Source: an uncultured Pelagibacteraceae bacterium (GTDB lineage: Bacteria; Pseudomonadota; Alphaproteobacteria; Pelagibacterales; Pelagibacteraceae). From it: 64,000 bases of DNA. The notes under the pieces were generated by a model, which did no database searches, was not told the origin of the DNA, and was given only the letters and a program-made list of their open reading frames with translations. Shown here one piece after another: positions 18,002 through 27,574 of the stretch. A program made the translations under genes and the position numbers. Location of the stretch: the NCBI GenBank assembly GCA_902583785.1, contig CACHXE010000001.1, positions 1,774-65,773 on the forward strand, given 5' to 3'. Position 1 is the stretch's first letter. The number at the start of each line of letters is the position of its first letter.

Positions 18002-18023
18002 AGAATAATGTATCTTTAATAAA

Positions 18024-20351
18024 ATGAATCAAAACGTTCAAAGTAAGTTTAAGGATAAAATTCAAGAAGATATTTCTCCAACTCGAAATTTATCAGGAAT
18101 TCATTTAAAAATAGTTTTTGGTATTGCTATTCTCTGGACTATTTTCCAACTTTGGTATGCTTCTCCTTTCCCTTTTTGGTTTAATTTTGGAATGTTCAAA
18201 GGTCTACCAGCTAGAGCCATTCATTTAGGCTTTGCTTTAACTCTAGCTTTTTTAATTTTTCCATCAGTTAGAGGAAAAAAAATTTCAGTAATTGATATTC
18301 TAATAAGTATAGTTGCCGCATTTTGTTGCCTATATATTTATTTTTTTTATGATGATCTAGTAAATAGAGGAGGAATACTTTTAGTAAAAAAAATATTCGG
18401 GTTTAAAGTTCCAGTAGAACTTATTATAGGTGCAATTGGTATTTTAATACTTTTAGAAGCTACAAGACGAGCGATTGGTTTACCTTTAGTTATTATTGCA
18501 GTTTGTTTTTTACTATTTTCTTATTTCGGTAAATATGCTCCAGATATAATCTCTCATGGTGGTCTTTCTGTAAAAAGACTGGTTGGTTTTCAGTGGTTTG
18601 ATCAAGAGGCAATTTTTGGAATACCAATAGGAGTGTCAGTTGATTTTATATTTTTATTCGTTTTATTTGGGGCCTTGTTAGAAACTGCTGGAGGAGGAAA
18701 ATATTTTTTAGATTTAGCTTTTGCTATGGTTGGTAAAATGCGCGGAGGTCCAGCTAAGGCTGCAATATTAGGATCTGGAATGACAGGTATGATTTCAGGT
18801 TCGTCAATAGCAAACACTGTTACAACTGGAACTTTCACAATTCCAATTATGAAAAAAACTGGGTTCTCCCAGGAAAAAGCAGGAGCCATCGAGGTTTCCT
18901 CTTCAGTTAATGGACAAATAATGCCACCGGTAATGGGAGCTGCTGCCTTTGTTATGGCCAGTTTTATTGGTGTAACTTATTTTGAAGTTGTTAAGCACGC
19001 TTTTTTACCAGCTATTATTTCATATATTGCTTTGTTTTACATATCTCATTTAGAGGCTCTTAAATTAGGTCTCAAAGGTATGGATGATGCTGATGTTCCG
19101 CATCTTAAGAAAACTTTTTTGTCAGGATTACATTTTTTAATACCAATTTTTGTGCTAATTTTTTTACTTGTTTATATGAGATATACCGCTGGGTTTTCAA
19201 TTTTTTATGCTACCCTTTCTTTAGTCTTAGTAAATTTAGTAAGTCGTATTATTAAAAACCCAGATTTTAAAACAGGTTTAATTGATTGGTATAATCAAAC
19301 GATCATTGGTCTTCAAAAGGGCGCAATAAATATGGTAGCTGTAGGAATTGCGATTGCTACTGCAGGTATAATAGTAGGGGCGGTTGGATCTACAGGACTG
19401 AGTACTAACTTAATTATAGTTATAGAGACAATAGCTAGAGACAATGTAATAATATTAATATTACTTACTATTATACTTTGTTTGCTTTTAGGAATGGGTC
19501 TTCCAACAACTGCAAATTATGTTGTTGTAGCATCGCTTATGGCCACAGTTCTCGTTGATGTTGGGAATGCTTCTGGTTTCATCTTTCCACTAATAGCAGT
19601 CCATTTATTTGTATTTTATTTTGGTTTGATGGCCGATGTAACGCCACCAGTTGGATTAGCATCTTATGCAGCCGCTGCTATTTCAGGCGGTGATCCTTTA
19701 AGAACTGGACTTCAGGCAATTTGGTATAGTTTAAGAACAGGAATTTTACCTATCGTATTTTTATTCAACCATGAACTTTTGTTAATCGGTGTAGATAGTT
19801 TTTGGCAAGCTTTACTTGTAATAATCACTTCTTTAATAGGAATACTAGTCTTTACCGCTGCTACTCAACAATGGTTTATAAATAAATTAAGATGGTATGA
19901 AACTATAGCATTTCTAATCATTTCTTTATCATTTTTGGCTCCTGATTATGTTTTAAGTAAATTTTATCCAAAATTTAATGAGCAAAAACTTTCAGTCGAA
20001 ACTATCCAAAATCTTTATTTTGACCCCTCTAAAGAAGTTCACATTAAAGTAACTAGGGTTTCCGAGTATGGAGAAAGATATAAGTTATTTGTAATTGATA
20101 AAGAAAAATTTGAAAAAGAATATAATCTAGAGGAATACGGTGTAACCCTTTTAGAACAAAATGGTCAATTAGCTGTAGATAAATTAAACTGGAAAGGGGA
20201 GGCAAAAAAATCTGGAATGCAGATGGGAGATATAATAAGTAATTTTAAAATTGAAAACCCAGATAGACCCAATAAAAGTATTGTATATCCTTTGGCATTG
20301 TTTGTTTTATTAATATTTGGATACTTGAATTACAGAAGAAAAAATATTTAA
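18024..20351 (+). CDS. TRAP transporter fused 4TM/12TM permease (TAXI-type) with a C-terminal soluble domain and a final TM helix
   Basis: 775 aa, polytopic DctQ/DctM-like fusion. The C-terminal ~130 aa (KFNEQKLSVETIQ...GMQMGDIISNF) is hydrophilic and ends in a TM helix. From memory it resembles the DUF3394 tail seen on TAXI permeases. Confidence 0.85.
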   Translation: MNQNVQSKFKDKIQEDISPTRNLSGIHLKIVFGIAILWTIFQLWYASPFPFWFNFGMFKGLPARAIHLGFALTLAFLIFPSVRGKKISVIDILISIVAAFCCLYIYFFYDDLVNRGGILLVKKIFGFKVPVELIIGAIGILILLEATRRAIGLPLVIIAVCFLLFSYFGKYAPDIISHGGLSVKRLVGFQWFDQEAIFGIPIGVSVDFIFLFVLFGALLETAGGGKYFLDLAFAMVGKMRGGPAKAAILGSGMTGMISGSSIANTVTTGTFTIPIMKKTGFSQEKAGAIEVSSSVNGQIMPPVMGAAAFVMASFIGVTYFEVVKHAFLPAIISYIALFYISHLEALKLGLKGMDDADVPHLKKTFLSGLHFLIPIFVLIFLLVYMRYTAGFSIFYATLSLVLVNLVSRIIKNPDFKTGLIDWYNQTIIGLQKGAINMVAVGIAIATAGIIVGAVGSTGLSTNLIIVIETIARDNVIILILLTIILCLLLGMGLPTTANYVVVASLMATVLVDVGNASGFIFPLIAVHLFVFYFGLMADVTPPVGLASYAAAAISGGDPLRTGLQAIWYSLRTGILPIVFLFNHELLLIGVDSFWQALLVIITSLIGILVFTAATQQWFINKLRWYETIAFLIISLSFLAPDYVLSKFYPKFNEQKLSVETIQNLYFDPSKEVHIKVTRVSEYGERYKLFVIDKEKFEKEYNLEEYGVTLLEQNGQLAVDKLNWKGEAKKSGMQMGDIISNFKIENPDRPNKSIVYPLALFVLLIFGYLNYRRKNI

Positions 20352-20738
20352 TTACTTATTTATTTTTAAAATTTTCCAAACACCAGAAGTTACTGCAACA
20401 ATACCTTCAGCATTTATTATTTCGCATGTTAGAAAAACCAGAGTTTTTGTTTTTTTTTGAACTTTAACTTTTGCAACTAATTTATCACCTAATTTAGCAG
20501 CTGATATAAATTTCATTTCTAAAGATATAGTCACACATCTTTTATCGTCTGCTGATTGATGTGCGGCATTGCCCATTCCAGTATCTGCTATAAAAGTTAA
20601 AAACCCACCATGAGCCATTCCCGCGGTATTTAAGTGCATTTCTTTTACTTCAGTTTCATACTCAAAATGTGAACTATCAATTTTCTTGCTTTTTAGTCCT
20701 CCTACTTGTTTTGAGTAACCCGAGTTAGTTTCGTCCAT
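20352..20738 (-). CDS. PaaI-family hotdog-fold thioesterase
   Basis: 128 aa with the MAHGGFLTFIADTGMGNA motif. Its stop abuts the permease stop with 0 nt between them. Confidence 0.7.
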   Translation of the reverse strand: MDETNSGYSKQVGGLKSKKIDSSHFEYETEVKEMHLNTAGMAHGGFLTFIADTGMGNAAHQSADDKRCVTISLEMKFISAAKLGDKLVAKVKVQKKTKTLVFLTCEIINAEGIVAVTSGVWKILKINK

Positions 20739-21627
20739 ATTTTATTTTACCATATATTGGAGCTAGTTGTGAGAAAATAACCGCTGATAAGATTATTATT
20801 ATTCCAAATATTTTAAATTCATTTAAGTATTGATCTAAGACTATCCAAGCTGCAATGGATCCAAAAACACCTTCCAGAGAAAAAATAATAGCAACTGGTG
20901 CAGGTGATAGGTTTTGTTGGCCAAAAACCTGTAACATAAATGCTATTCCACTTGATAACACACCAGCGTAAATTAATTCAGCTGTTTCCATCGATATAAG
21001 TTTTAATGAAATAAATTCAAAAGAGAAAGCCGGTATAAAAGAAATTAAAGAGGCACTCAAACATTGAAAAGTTGCAATTGTTATAGGGTAATTAAAAATT
21101 TTCAGAAATTTAGATATAAACACTATGTGAAAGGCCCAAAAGAAAGCACCTATCACAACCAAGGAGTCTCCAAATCTAACACGCAGATTACCAAGTTCAC
21201 TTAAAAATAAACCACCGACTAAACACATTAAAACTGATGGCCAAACTGAATTATGAATTTTTTTTGAAAAAAGAAAGTAGGCTATTATCGGTACAATAAC
21301 TACATACAAAACTGTAAAAACAGCTGAATTAGCAACATCAGTATACAAAAGTGAAATTTGCTGAAAAATATTTCCTCCTGCTAAGAAAAAACCAAGAAAA
21401 AAAAGATAAATAAATATTTTTTCAAAACTTAATTTTGTTTCCTTTATTTTTTTAAATTCAAAAATAAAAAAAAAAGGTAAAAGAGTTAAAAACCCCAGTA
21501 GCAATCTTACAGCAGAAAATGTGTAAGGACCTATATAGTCCATACCCATGTCTTGAGCAACAAATGCTGTCCCCCAAATTAACGAACATGATACAGCGCA
21601 AACAAGGGAGAATAATTTTTTATTCAT
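20725..21627 (-). CDS. EamA/DMT-family transporter
   Basis: 300 aa with 10 predicted TM helices in two EamA-like repeats. Confidence 0.75.
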   Translation of the reverse strand: MNKKLFSLVCAVSCSLIWGTAFVAQDMGMDYIGPYTFSAVRLLLGFLTLLPFFFIFEFKKIKETKLSFEKIFIYLFFLGFFLAGGNIFQQISLLYTDVANSAVFTVLYVVIVPIIAYFLFSKKIHNSVWPSVLMCLVGGLFLSELGNLRVRFGDSLVVIGAFFWAFHIVFISKFLKIFNYPITIATFQCLSASLISFIPAFSFEFISLKLISMETAELIYAGVLSSGIAFMLQVFGQQNLSPAPVAIIFSLEGVFGSIAAWIVLDQYLNEFKIFGIIIILSAVIFSQLAPIYGKIKYGRN

Positions 21628-22881
21628 TTAGACAGCTAACTTAAATGCAAAATCCTTCCCTAAGCTTTTAGATAAATGAACACAAAATCTTGCACCTTCA
21701 GCACCATCAATTACTCTATGGTCGTAAGATAGAGATATTGGAAGCATTTTTCTTACAATAAATTGCCCATTAACTTTTTTAATTTTATCAAAAGTTTTAC
21801 CAACACCTAAAATAGCTACTTCTGGAGGATTGATAATTGGCGTGAAGAAGTTTCCTCCAATTCCTCCAAGACTTGAAATTGTCATCGACCCACCAAAAAA
21901 TTCTTTCTTATCTATTTTAAGCTCTTTACATTGTTTACTTACTCTTCTTAATTCTTCATAAATTTCCTTTAATCCTAATTGATCAACATTTCTAATTTTT
22001 GGAACCATCAATCCATGTGGAGTATCAACCGCAAAACCAACATGGTAATATTTTTTAAAAATTAATTTATTGTTGTCAGGATCTATAGAAGAATTAAAAT
22101 TTGGATACTCTTTAAGTGCATTTACCACAGCTCTAGTTATAAATGCTAATGGACTTATTCTTATTCTATCACCAGAATAGTTATCGATTAAAGTTGTTCT
22201 AAACTGTTCCATTTCAGTTATATCTATCTCATCATGTTGAGTAACGTGAGGAATCTCAGTCCAAGATCTAACAAGTTGAGGTCCTGATAACTTTTTCACT
22301 CTAGGAAGATCTTTTTTTTCTACTTCTCCGAATGCTTCATGAGGATATTCATCCTTATAAACTTTTTTTTCGACCTTACCGCCATTAACAGATACTTGTG
22401 ATCTCACAAATTTTTTCACATCATCTTCAGTTACTCTACCTGCTCTTTGTGATCCAGGTATCTGAACGATATCAGCGCCTAATTCTCTTGCAAATTTTCT
22501 TACCTTTGGACTTGCAGATGATATGCCATCTTTACTCAATTTATTTACTACAGGAGCTATTTCTTTTGGAGTTTCAGTTACTATTTTCTTTTCAGGAATA
22601 TTTTCTTTTACCTCAACTGCTTTTTTACTTTCTTCCTTTTTACTTACAGAATCTAATGATAATATTTCACTTCCTTCTGAAACTTTGTCACCAACTTTAA
22701 CAATAATCTTATTGATTTTTCCTTCATCAGTTGCAGGAACTTCCACACTTGATTTATCACTTTCCAAAGTTATTAAGGGATCATTTTTTTTGATCTGTTG
22801 TCCTGACTTAACTAATACCTCAATTACTTCAACATTTTTAAAATCTCCGATATTTGGAACTAATAATTTTTTTTCAGCCAT
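21628..22881 (-). CDS. aceF: dihydrolipoamide acetyltransferase (E2) of the pyruvate dehydrogenase complex
   Basis: 417 aa with a single lipoyl domain (LESDKSSVEVPA), an E3-binding domain (ASPKVRKFARELGADI) and a catalytic domain with DHRVIDGA. Confidence 0.9.
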   Translation of the reverse strand: MAEKKLLVPNIGDFKNVEVIEVLVKSGQQIKKNDPLITLESDKSSVEVPATDEGKINKIIVKVGDKVSEGSEILSLDSVSKKEESKKAVEVKENIPEKKIVTETPKEIAPVVNKLSKDGISSASPKVRKFARELGADIVQIPGSQRAGRVTEDDVKKFVRSQVSVNGGKVEKKVYKDEYPHEAFGEVEKKDLPRVKKLSGPQLVRSWTEIPHVTQHDEIDITEMEQFRTTLIDNYSGDRIRISPLAFITRAVVNALKEYPNFNSSIDPDNNKLIFKKYYHVGFAVDTPHGLMVPKIRNVDQLGLKEIYEELRRVSKQCKELKIDKKEFFGGSMTISSLGGIGGNFFTPIINPPEVAILGVGKTFDKIKKVNGQFIVRKMLPISLSYDHRVIDGAEGARFCVHLSKSLGKDFAFKLAV

Positions 22882-22887
22882 TAAACT

Positions 22888-25800
22888 CTATAATTTTGTT
22901 GGAAAAACTTTTGTTTGATCAATATCGTATTTTTTAATCGCTTTTTCCGCATATTTACTTGCTAGTAACTGCTCTTTTGCCAAAGCACTTAAAGTGTATG
23001 TAACAATATGTTTTTTATCAACTTCAAAAAATTTTCTTAGCTTTTTCCTAGTATCACTTCTTCCAAAACCGTCTGTTCCTAGCGTATAGAAAGGCTTATT
23101 CAAATAAGGTCTTATCTGGTCTGCATGAGATCTAATATAGTCAGATGCAGCAAATATAATACCTTCTTGTGGGTCTAAACATGTTTGAACGTAACTTTTT
23201 TTGGATTTTTCTCCAGGATTTAATAAATTTTTTCTTTCAACCTCCATACCATTTTTCTTTAATTCATTGAAGCTAGTTACACTCCAAACATCACAATCAA
23301 TTCCGTAGTCATCAGACAAAACTTCAGCTGCTTTTATAATTTCTCTTAAAATTGATCCAGATCCTAACATCTGTACTTTTGCTTTTCCTTTTCCCTTATA
23401 ACTTTTAAACAAATACATACCTTTCAAAATTCCTTGATCTGCACCAATGGGTTTTGCAGGATGTGTATAATTTTCGTTCATTGCAGTTATGTAGTAGTAA
23501 ATATTTTCTTTTTTCTCGTGCATCCTTTTTAATCCATCTCTAAAAATAACTGCCATCTCATATGAAAATGTAGGATCATAACTCACACAGTTAGGTATTG
23601 CAGATGCTAGTAGAAGACTATGTCCGTCCTGGTGTTGTAATCCCTCACCCGCTAAAGTTGTTTTTCCAGATGTTGCTCCAATTAAAAAACCTCTTGCCTG
23701 AGAGTCTGCTGCGGCCCAAGCTAAGTCCCCAATTCTTTGAAAACCAAACATAGAGTAAAACAAATAAATAGGAACCATTTCTAAATCATGATTAGTGTAA
23801 GAGGTTCCAGCAGCAATCCATGATGACATTGCCCCTGCTTCTGTAATACCTTCTTGTAAAACTTGTCCGCTCTTGTCTTCTCTATAAGAACTTAATTGTT
23901 CAGAATCGACTGGTTCATACTTTTGGCCCTCATGCGCATAAATACCAATCTTTTGAAAAAAACCTTCCATACCAAAAGTTCTAGCCTCATCAGCAATTAT
24001 AGGCACCAATCTTGGGGCAACATTTTTGTCTCTTAGTAAATTCGCAAGCATTCTTACAAGAGCCATCGTAGTAGACATTTCTTTATCACCAGTGGACTTC
24101 ATGAAACTCTCAAATATATCTTGAGGAGGTGTTTTAACTGGTTTTGCAAAAGTAGTTCTCTCAGGTATGTGTCCACCAAGCTTAACTCTACAATTTTTTA
24201 AATACTTTATTTCTGGTGAATTTTCTGCTGGTTTATAATATTCAATATTTTTAACTTGTTTATCAGTAAGGGGCACATTAAATCTATCTCTGTAAAACAA
24301 CAAATCTTCCTCATCTAATTTTTTTTGTTGGTGTGTCGTGTTTATACTTTCACCGGATTTACCCATACCGTAACCTTTAATAGTTTTAGCTATTATAACT
24401 GTCGGCTTTCCTTTGCATCGGACAGCAGCGTGATAAGCTGAATAAACTTTGTGAGGATCGTGTCCACCTCTATTTAACTTCCAAATATCAGCATCGGTCA
24501 TATTTGATACCAAATCTTTCAATTCAGAATATTTACCAAAAAACTTTTCTCTTACGTAAGCTCCACCCTTTGCTTTGAAAGCTTGATATTCGCCATCAAC
24601 AGCTTCAGTCATTCTTTTGACGAGTAAACCAGTTTTATCTTTGGACAAAAGTTGATCCCAGTACGAGCCCCAAATTACTTTAATTACATTCCAGCCTGAT
24701 CCTCTGAATCTACCCTCAAGTTCTTGTATAATTTTTCCATTACCTCTTACAGGACCATCTAATCTTTGAAGATTACAATTAATCACAAAAATTAAGTTAT
24801 CTAGCTTTTCTCTCGCTGCCAGTCCCACTGCGCCAAAGCTTTCAGGCTCATCCATTTCACCGTCACCTAAATGGCACCAAATTTTTCTATCTTGATCTTT
24901 TAAAAAACCTCTATTTATTAAATACTTTGTAAATCGAGCCTGATAAATTGCCATCATAGGCCCAAGTCCCATCGAAACCGTAGGGAACTGCCAAAACTTT
25001 GGCATCAGCCAAGGGTGCGGATATGATGATAATCCTCCTTTTTCAACTTCTTGTCTAAATTTATCTAATTGTTTTTCTGAAATTCTTCCCTCCAAAAAAG
25101 CTCTCGCATACATACCAGGCGCACTATGACCTTGAAAATAAACTAAATCGCCACCAAACTTATTATTCTTCGCTCTCCAAAAATGGTTCATACCAACGTC
25201 ATACAATGTTGCTGCAGATGCAAAAGTACCTATGTGACCGCCTAATTCAGGGTTTTTTTTATTTGCCTTCACAACCATGGCGGCTGCATTCCATCTAATA
25301 TAAGCTCTAATTTTTCTTTCTAAGTTTTGGTCACCCGGTGATCTTATGTCAGCAGCCGAAGGTATAGTATTAATATAAGGTGTAGTTCTTGTATCAGGTA
25401 GAATTAATCCTTGTGTGTAAGCTTCATCAATGACCTTTTTGAGTAAATAACCCGCTCTTGATGATCCATCATTTTTTACTACTGCCCTGAGTGAATCTAA
25501 CCATTCCTGAGTTTCAGCAGGATCTATATCATCTTTAGAAATGGGTTGAGCATAAATTGTTTCTTTCCCATTTCTAAGACCATTTGTTTTCTCTGCTTTT
25601 GGAATTACTTCCTTTTTAACTTTTTTTAATTCTTTTGTTGGAGCAATAGTTTCTTCTTTCTTTTCATTTCCACCATCTAAAGTAGCGAGAATACTTCCCT
25701 CTGAAACTTTATCTCCTATTTTAACTTTTAGTTGAGATATTTTTCCCTCATAGGGTGATGGCACCTCAACACTTGATTTGTCACTTTCTAAAGTAACTAT

Positions 25801-25902
25801 TGGATCATTTTTTTTAACTGTATCACCTGGTTTTACAAGAACCTCAATAATTTCTACGTCTTTAAAATCACCAATATCAGGAACGGAAATATTCTTTGCC
25901 AT
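22888..25902 (-). CDS. aceE: pyruvate dehydrogenase E1 component, homodimeric AceE type, with an N-terminal lipoyl domain
   Basis: 1004 aa. From about residue 125 (DPAETQEWLDSLRAV...) it is collinear with AceE-type E1, including the GDGEMDEPES ThDP block. Residues 1-77 form a lipoyl domain and 78-124 a charged linker. Confidence 0.9.
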   Translation of the reverse strand: MAKNISVPDIGDFKDVEIIEVLVKPGDTVKKNDPIVTLESDKSSVEVPSPYEGKISQLKVKIGDKVSEGSILATLDGGNEKKEETIAPTKELKKVKKEVIPKAEKTNGLRNGKETIYAQPISKDDIDPAETQEWLDSLRAVVKNDGSSRAGYLLKKVIDEAYTQGLILPDTRTTPYINTIPSAADIRSPGDQNLERKIRAYIRWNAAAMVVKANKKNPELGGHIGTFASAATLYDVGMNHFWRAKNNKFGGDLVYFQGHSAPGMYARAFLEGRISEKQLDKFRQEVEKGGLSSYPHPWLMPKFWQFPTVSMGLGPMMAIYQARFTKYLINRGFLKDQDRKIWCHLGDGEMDEPESFGAVGLAAREKLDNLIFVINCNLQRLDGPVRGNGKIIQELEGRFRGSGWNVIKVIWGSYWDQLLSKDKTGLLVKRMTEAVDGEYQAFKAKGGAYVREKFFGKYSELKDLVSNMTDADIWKLNRGGHDPHKVYSAYHAAVRCKGKPTVIIAKTIKGYGMGKSGESINTTHQQKKLDEEDLLFYRDRFNVPLTDKQVKNIEYYKPAENSPEIKYLKNCRVKLGGHIPERTTFAKPVKTPPQDIFESFMKSTGDKEMSTTMALVRMLANLLRDKNVAPRLVPIIADEARTFGMEGFFQKIGIYAHEGQKYEPVDSEQLSSYREDKSGQVLQEGITEAGAMSSWIAAGTSYTNHDLEMVPIYLFYSMFGFQRIGDLAWAAADSQARGFLIGATSGKTTLAGEGLQHQDGHSLLLASAIPNCVSYDPTFSYEMAVIFRDGLKRMHEKKENIYYYITAMNENYTHPAKPIGADQGILKGMYLFKSYKGKGKAKVQMLGSGSILREIIKAAEVLSDDYGIDCDVWSVTSFNELKKNGMEVERKNLLNPGEKSKKSYVQTCLDPQEGIIFAASDYIRSHADQIRPYLNKPFYTLGTDGFGRSDTRKKLRKFFEVDKKHIVTYTLSALAKEQLLASKYAEKAIKKYDIDQTKVFPTKL
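25672..25902 (-). other. lipoyl (biotinyl/lipoyl attachment) domain fused to the AceE N-terminus
   Basis: VPDIGDFKDVEIIEVLVKPGDTVKKNDPIVTLESDKSSVEVPSPYEGKISQLKVKIGDKVSEGSILATLD is about 70% identical (49/70 in my hand alignment) to the lipoyl domain of the downstream E2. Confidence 0.8.
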
Positions 25903-26043
25903 AATTTATTATACACAATTTTTGACACATTTTATCCGCTTTTTTGACATCTAGTTTTTGCAATGTATTTTATGCAATTTTTTAGACTTATTTTTAAAAG
26001 AAAAAGAGCCGAACTTGATACTAAGGTATTAATACAAAAGATC

Positions 26044-26199
26044 TTATTGAGAAAATACCTGGCTAAAGCCAATTAACAAAACTACTAATATTATAGCTCC
26101 ATAGTAGTACTGGTAACCTCTTACAGTAAAGGGCATTTTTTTTACAACTCTGTTCTTTAAATTTTTTCTTGGTTTAAAAAAGTGTTTATTAAGTTTCAT
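26044..26199 (-). CDS. hypothetical 51-aa protein with a basic N-terminus and one C-terminal TM helix
   Basis: MKLNKHFFKPRKNLKNRVVKKMPFTVRGYQYYYGAIILVVLLIGFSQVFSQ. Its ATG forms an ATGA overlap with the thiolase stop, suggesting translational coupling. The 15 upstream residues in the track lie inside the thiolase gene. Confidence 0.35.
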   Translation of the reverse strand: MKLNKHFFKPRKNLKNRVVKKMPFTVRGYQYYYGAIILVVLLIGFSQVFSQ

Positions 26200-27401
26200 T
26201 TTCTCTCCACACACATAGCTATACCCATTCCTCCACCAATACACAATGTGGCCAAACCTTTTTTTGAGTCTCTTTTAACCATTTCGTGAATTAGTGTGAC
26301 AAAAACTCTCGTACCAGATGCTCCTATTGGATGACCTAGAGCTATTGCTCCACCATTTACATTAACTTTTTCCATCGGTAATGCTAACTCCTTAATAACA
26401 GCACAGCTTTGTGCAGCAAACGCCTCATTAGCCTCTATTAGATCTAAATCCTTCGAATTCCAACCAGCAATTTTCAAAGCTTTATTAGATGATGGTATAG
26501 GCCCAGTTCCCATCACAGATGGGTCAACACCACAAGATGCCCATGACTTTATCTCAGCCAAAGGTTTTATTCCCCTTCTTTCTGCTTCAGCTTTTGACAT
26601 CAGGACTACTGCTGCAGCACCATCATTAATTCCAGATGCATTTCCTGCAGTCACAGTTCCATCTTTTTGAAAAACAGTTTTAAGTTTACGAAGCACATCA
26701 AGAGATACGCCATCTCTTGGATGCTCATCTTTTTTAAATATTGAGCTTCCTTTTTTTGATTTAATTTCAAACGGAATTATTTCTTCATCAAATTTATTTT
26801 CATTTTGAGCTTTTAATGCCTTGCTTTGGGAGTCAAAAGCAAATTGATCCTGATCTTTTCGGGTAATTTGAAATTTTTGAGCTACATTTTCTGCTGTATT
26901 ACCCATATGATAACCATTAAAGGCATCCCAAAGTCCATCTTTTATCATTGAGTCAACTAATTCTGTATCACCTAATTTTTTTCCGTTTCTTAAATGAACA
27001 ACATGTGGTGCCTGAGACATACTTTCTTGACCACCAGCTATAACAATTTTTGAGTCATCCGACATAATTGATTGGAATCCCGAGGCTATAGATCTTAAAC
27101 CAGATCCACAGACTTGATTGACAACATAAGAAGGTATCTCTTTTGGAATTCCAGAGTCCATCGAAGCTTGTCTAGCAGGATTTTGCCCTGCACCACCTGT
27201 TAAAACTTGGCCCATTATAACTTCATTTACATCAGCAGATTTTAAATTTGATTTCAAAATTGCATTTGAAATTACCGAGGAACCCAATTTGTATGCAGGA
27301 ACATTTTTAATAGTTCCACCTAAAGATCCTATAGCAGTTCTAACTGCGGAAGTGATTACAACTGTTTTTTTATCAGACATTTTTAAACTAATTACATTCA
27401 A
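26196..27401 (-). CDS. acetyl-CoA C-acetyltransferase (thiolase II)
   Basis: 401 aa with NQVCGSGLRS (active-site Cys), GNASGINDGAAA, NVNGGAIALGHPIGASG and CIGGGMG. An alternative start at 27380 (MSDKKTVVITSAVRTAIG) fits typical thiolase N-termini better. Confidence 0.9.
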   Translation of the reverse strand: MNVISLKMSDKKTVVITSAVRTAIGSLGGTIKNVPAYKLGSSVISNAILKSNLKSADVNEVIMGQVLTGGAGQNPARQASMDSGIPKEIPSYVVNQVCGSGLRSIASGFQSIMSDDSKIVIAGGQESMSQAPHVVHLRNGKKLGDTELVDSMIKDGLWDAFNGYHMGNTAENVAQKFQITRKDQDQFAFDSQSKALKAQNENKFDEEIIPFEIKSKKGSSIFKKDEHPRDGVSLDVLRKLKTVFQKDGTVTAGNASGINDGAAAVVLMSKAEAERRGIKPLAEIKSWASCGVDPSVMGTGPIPSSNKALKIAGWNSKDLDLIEANEAFAAQSCAVIKELALPMEKVNVNGGAIALGHPIGASGTRVFVTLIHEMVKRDSKKGLATLCIGGGMGIAMCVERK

Positions 27402-27472
27402 TTTTGATTGATATCAATGATATATAAAAACCCTTTAAAGTTAGCGATTTCTTTGATACTTCAATTCATTAT

Positions 27473-27550
27473 GGTCCCATAGCTCAATTGGATTAGAGCG
27501 TCTCGCTACGGACGAGAAGGTTGAGGGTTCAAATCCTTCTGGGACCTCCA
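27473..27550 (+). tRNA. tRNA-Arg (anticodon ACG), CCA encoded
   Basis: Hand fold: acceptor GGTCCCA/TGGGACC, D arm GCTC..GAGC, anticodon stem TCTCG/CGAGA with loop CTACGGA, and T arm GAGGG-TTCAAAT-CCTTC. Confidence 0.9.
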
Positions 27551-27574
27551 GATTAAACAAGGAGAAATATTACT

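Noticed and set aside
25903-26043. Repeated TTGACA-like boxes on the + strand (TTTTGACACATT, TTTTGACATCTAG), a TGCAAT-N8-TGCAAT direct repeat upstream of aceE, and a TATAAT on the minus strand ending 5 nt before the aceE ATG, which raised the possibility of a leaderless mRNA.
   Set aside because: The TTGACA boxes face away from every nearby gene, since all neighbours are on the minus strand. The TATAAT has no acceptable -35 or TGn element, and such hexamers are frequent by chance in about 30% GC DNA. This is too weak to call.
27407-27418. 12-bp palindrome ATTGATATCAAT in the thiolase/tRNA-Arg divergent region. Similar cases are the 13-bp palindrome ATGATTAAATCAT near 15520-15535 and an AT-only hairpin followed by T8 near 11335-11365.
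   Set aside because: These are short, AT-only symmetric sequences, expected at appreciable frequency in this composition, with no supporting context.
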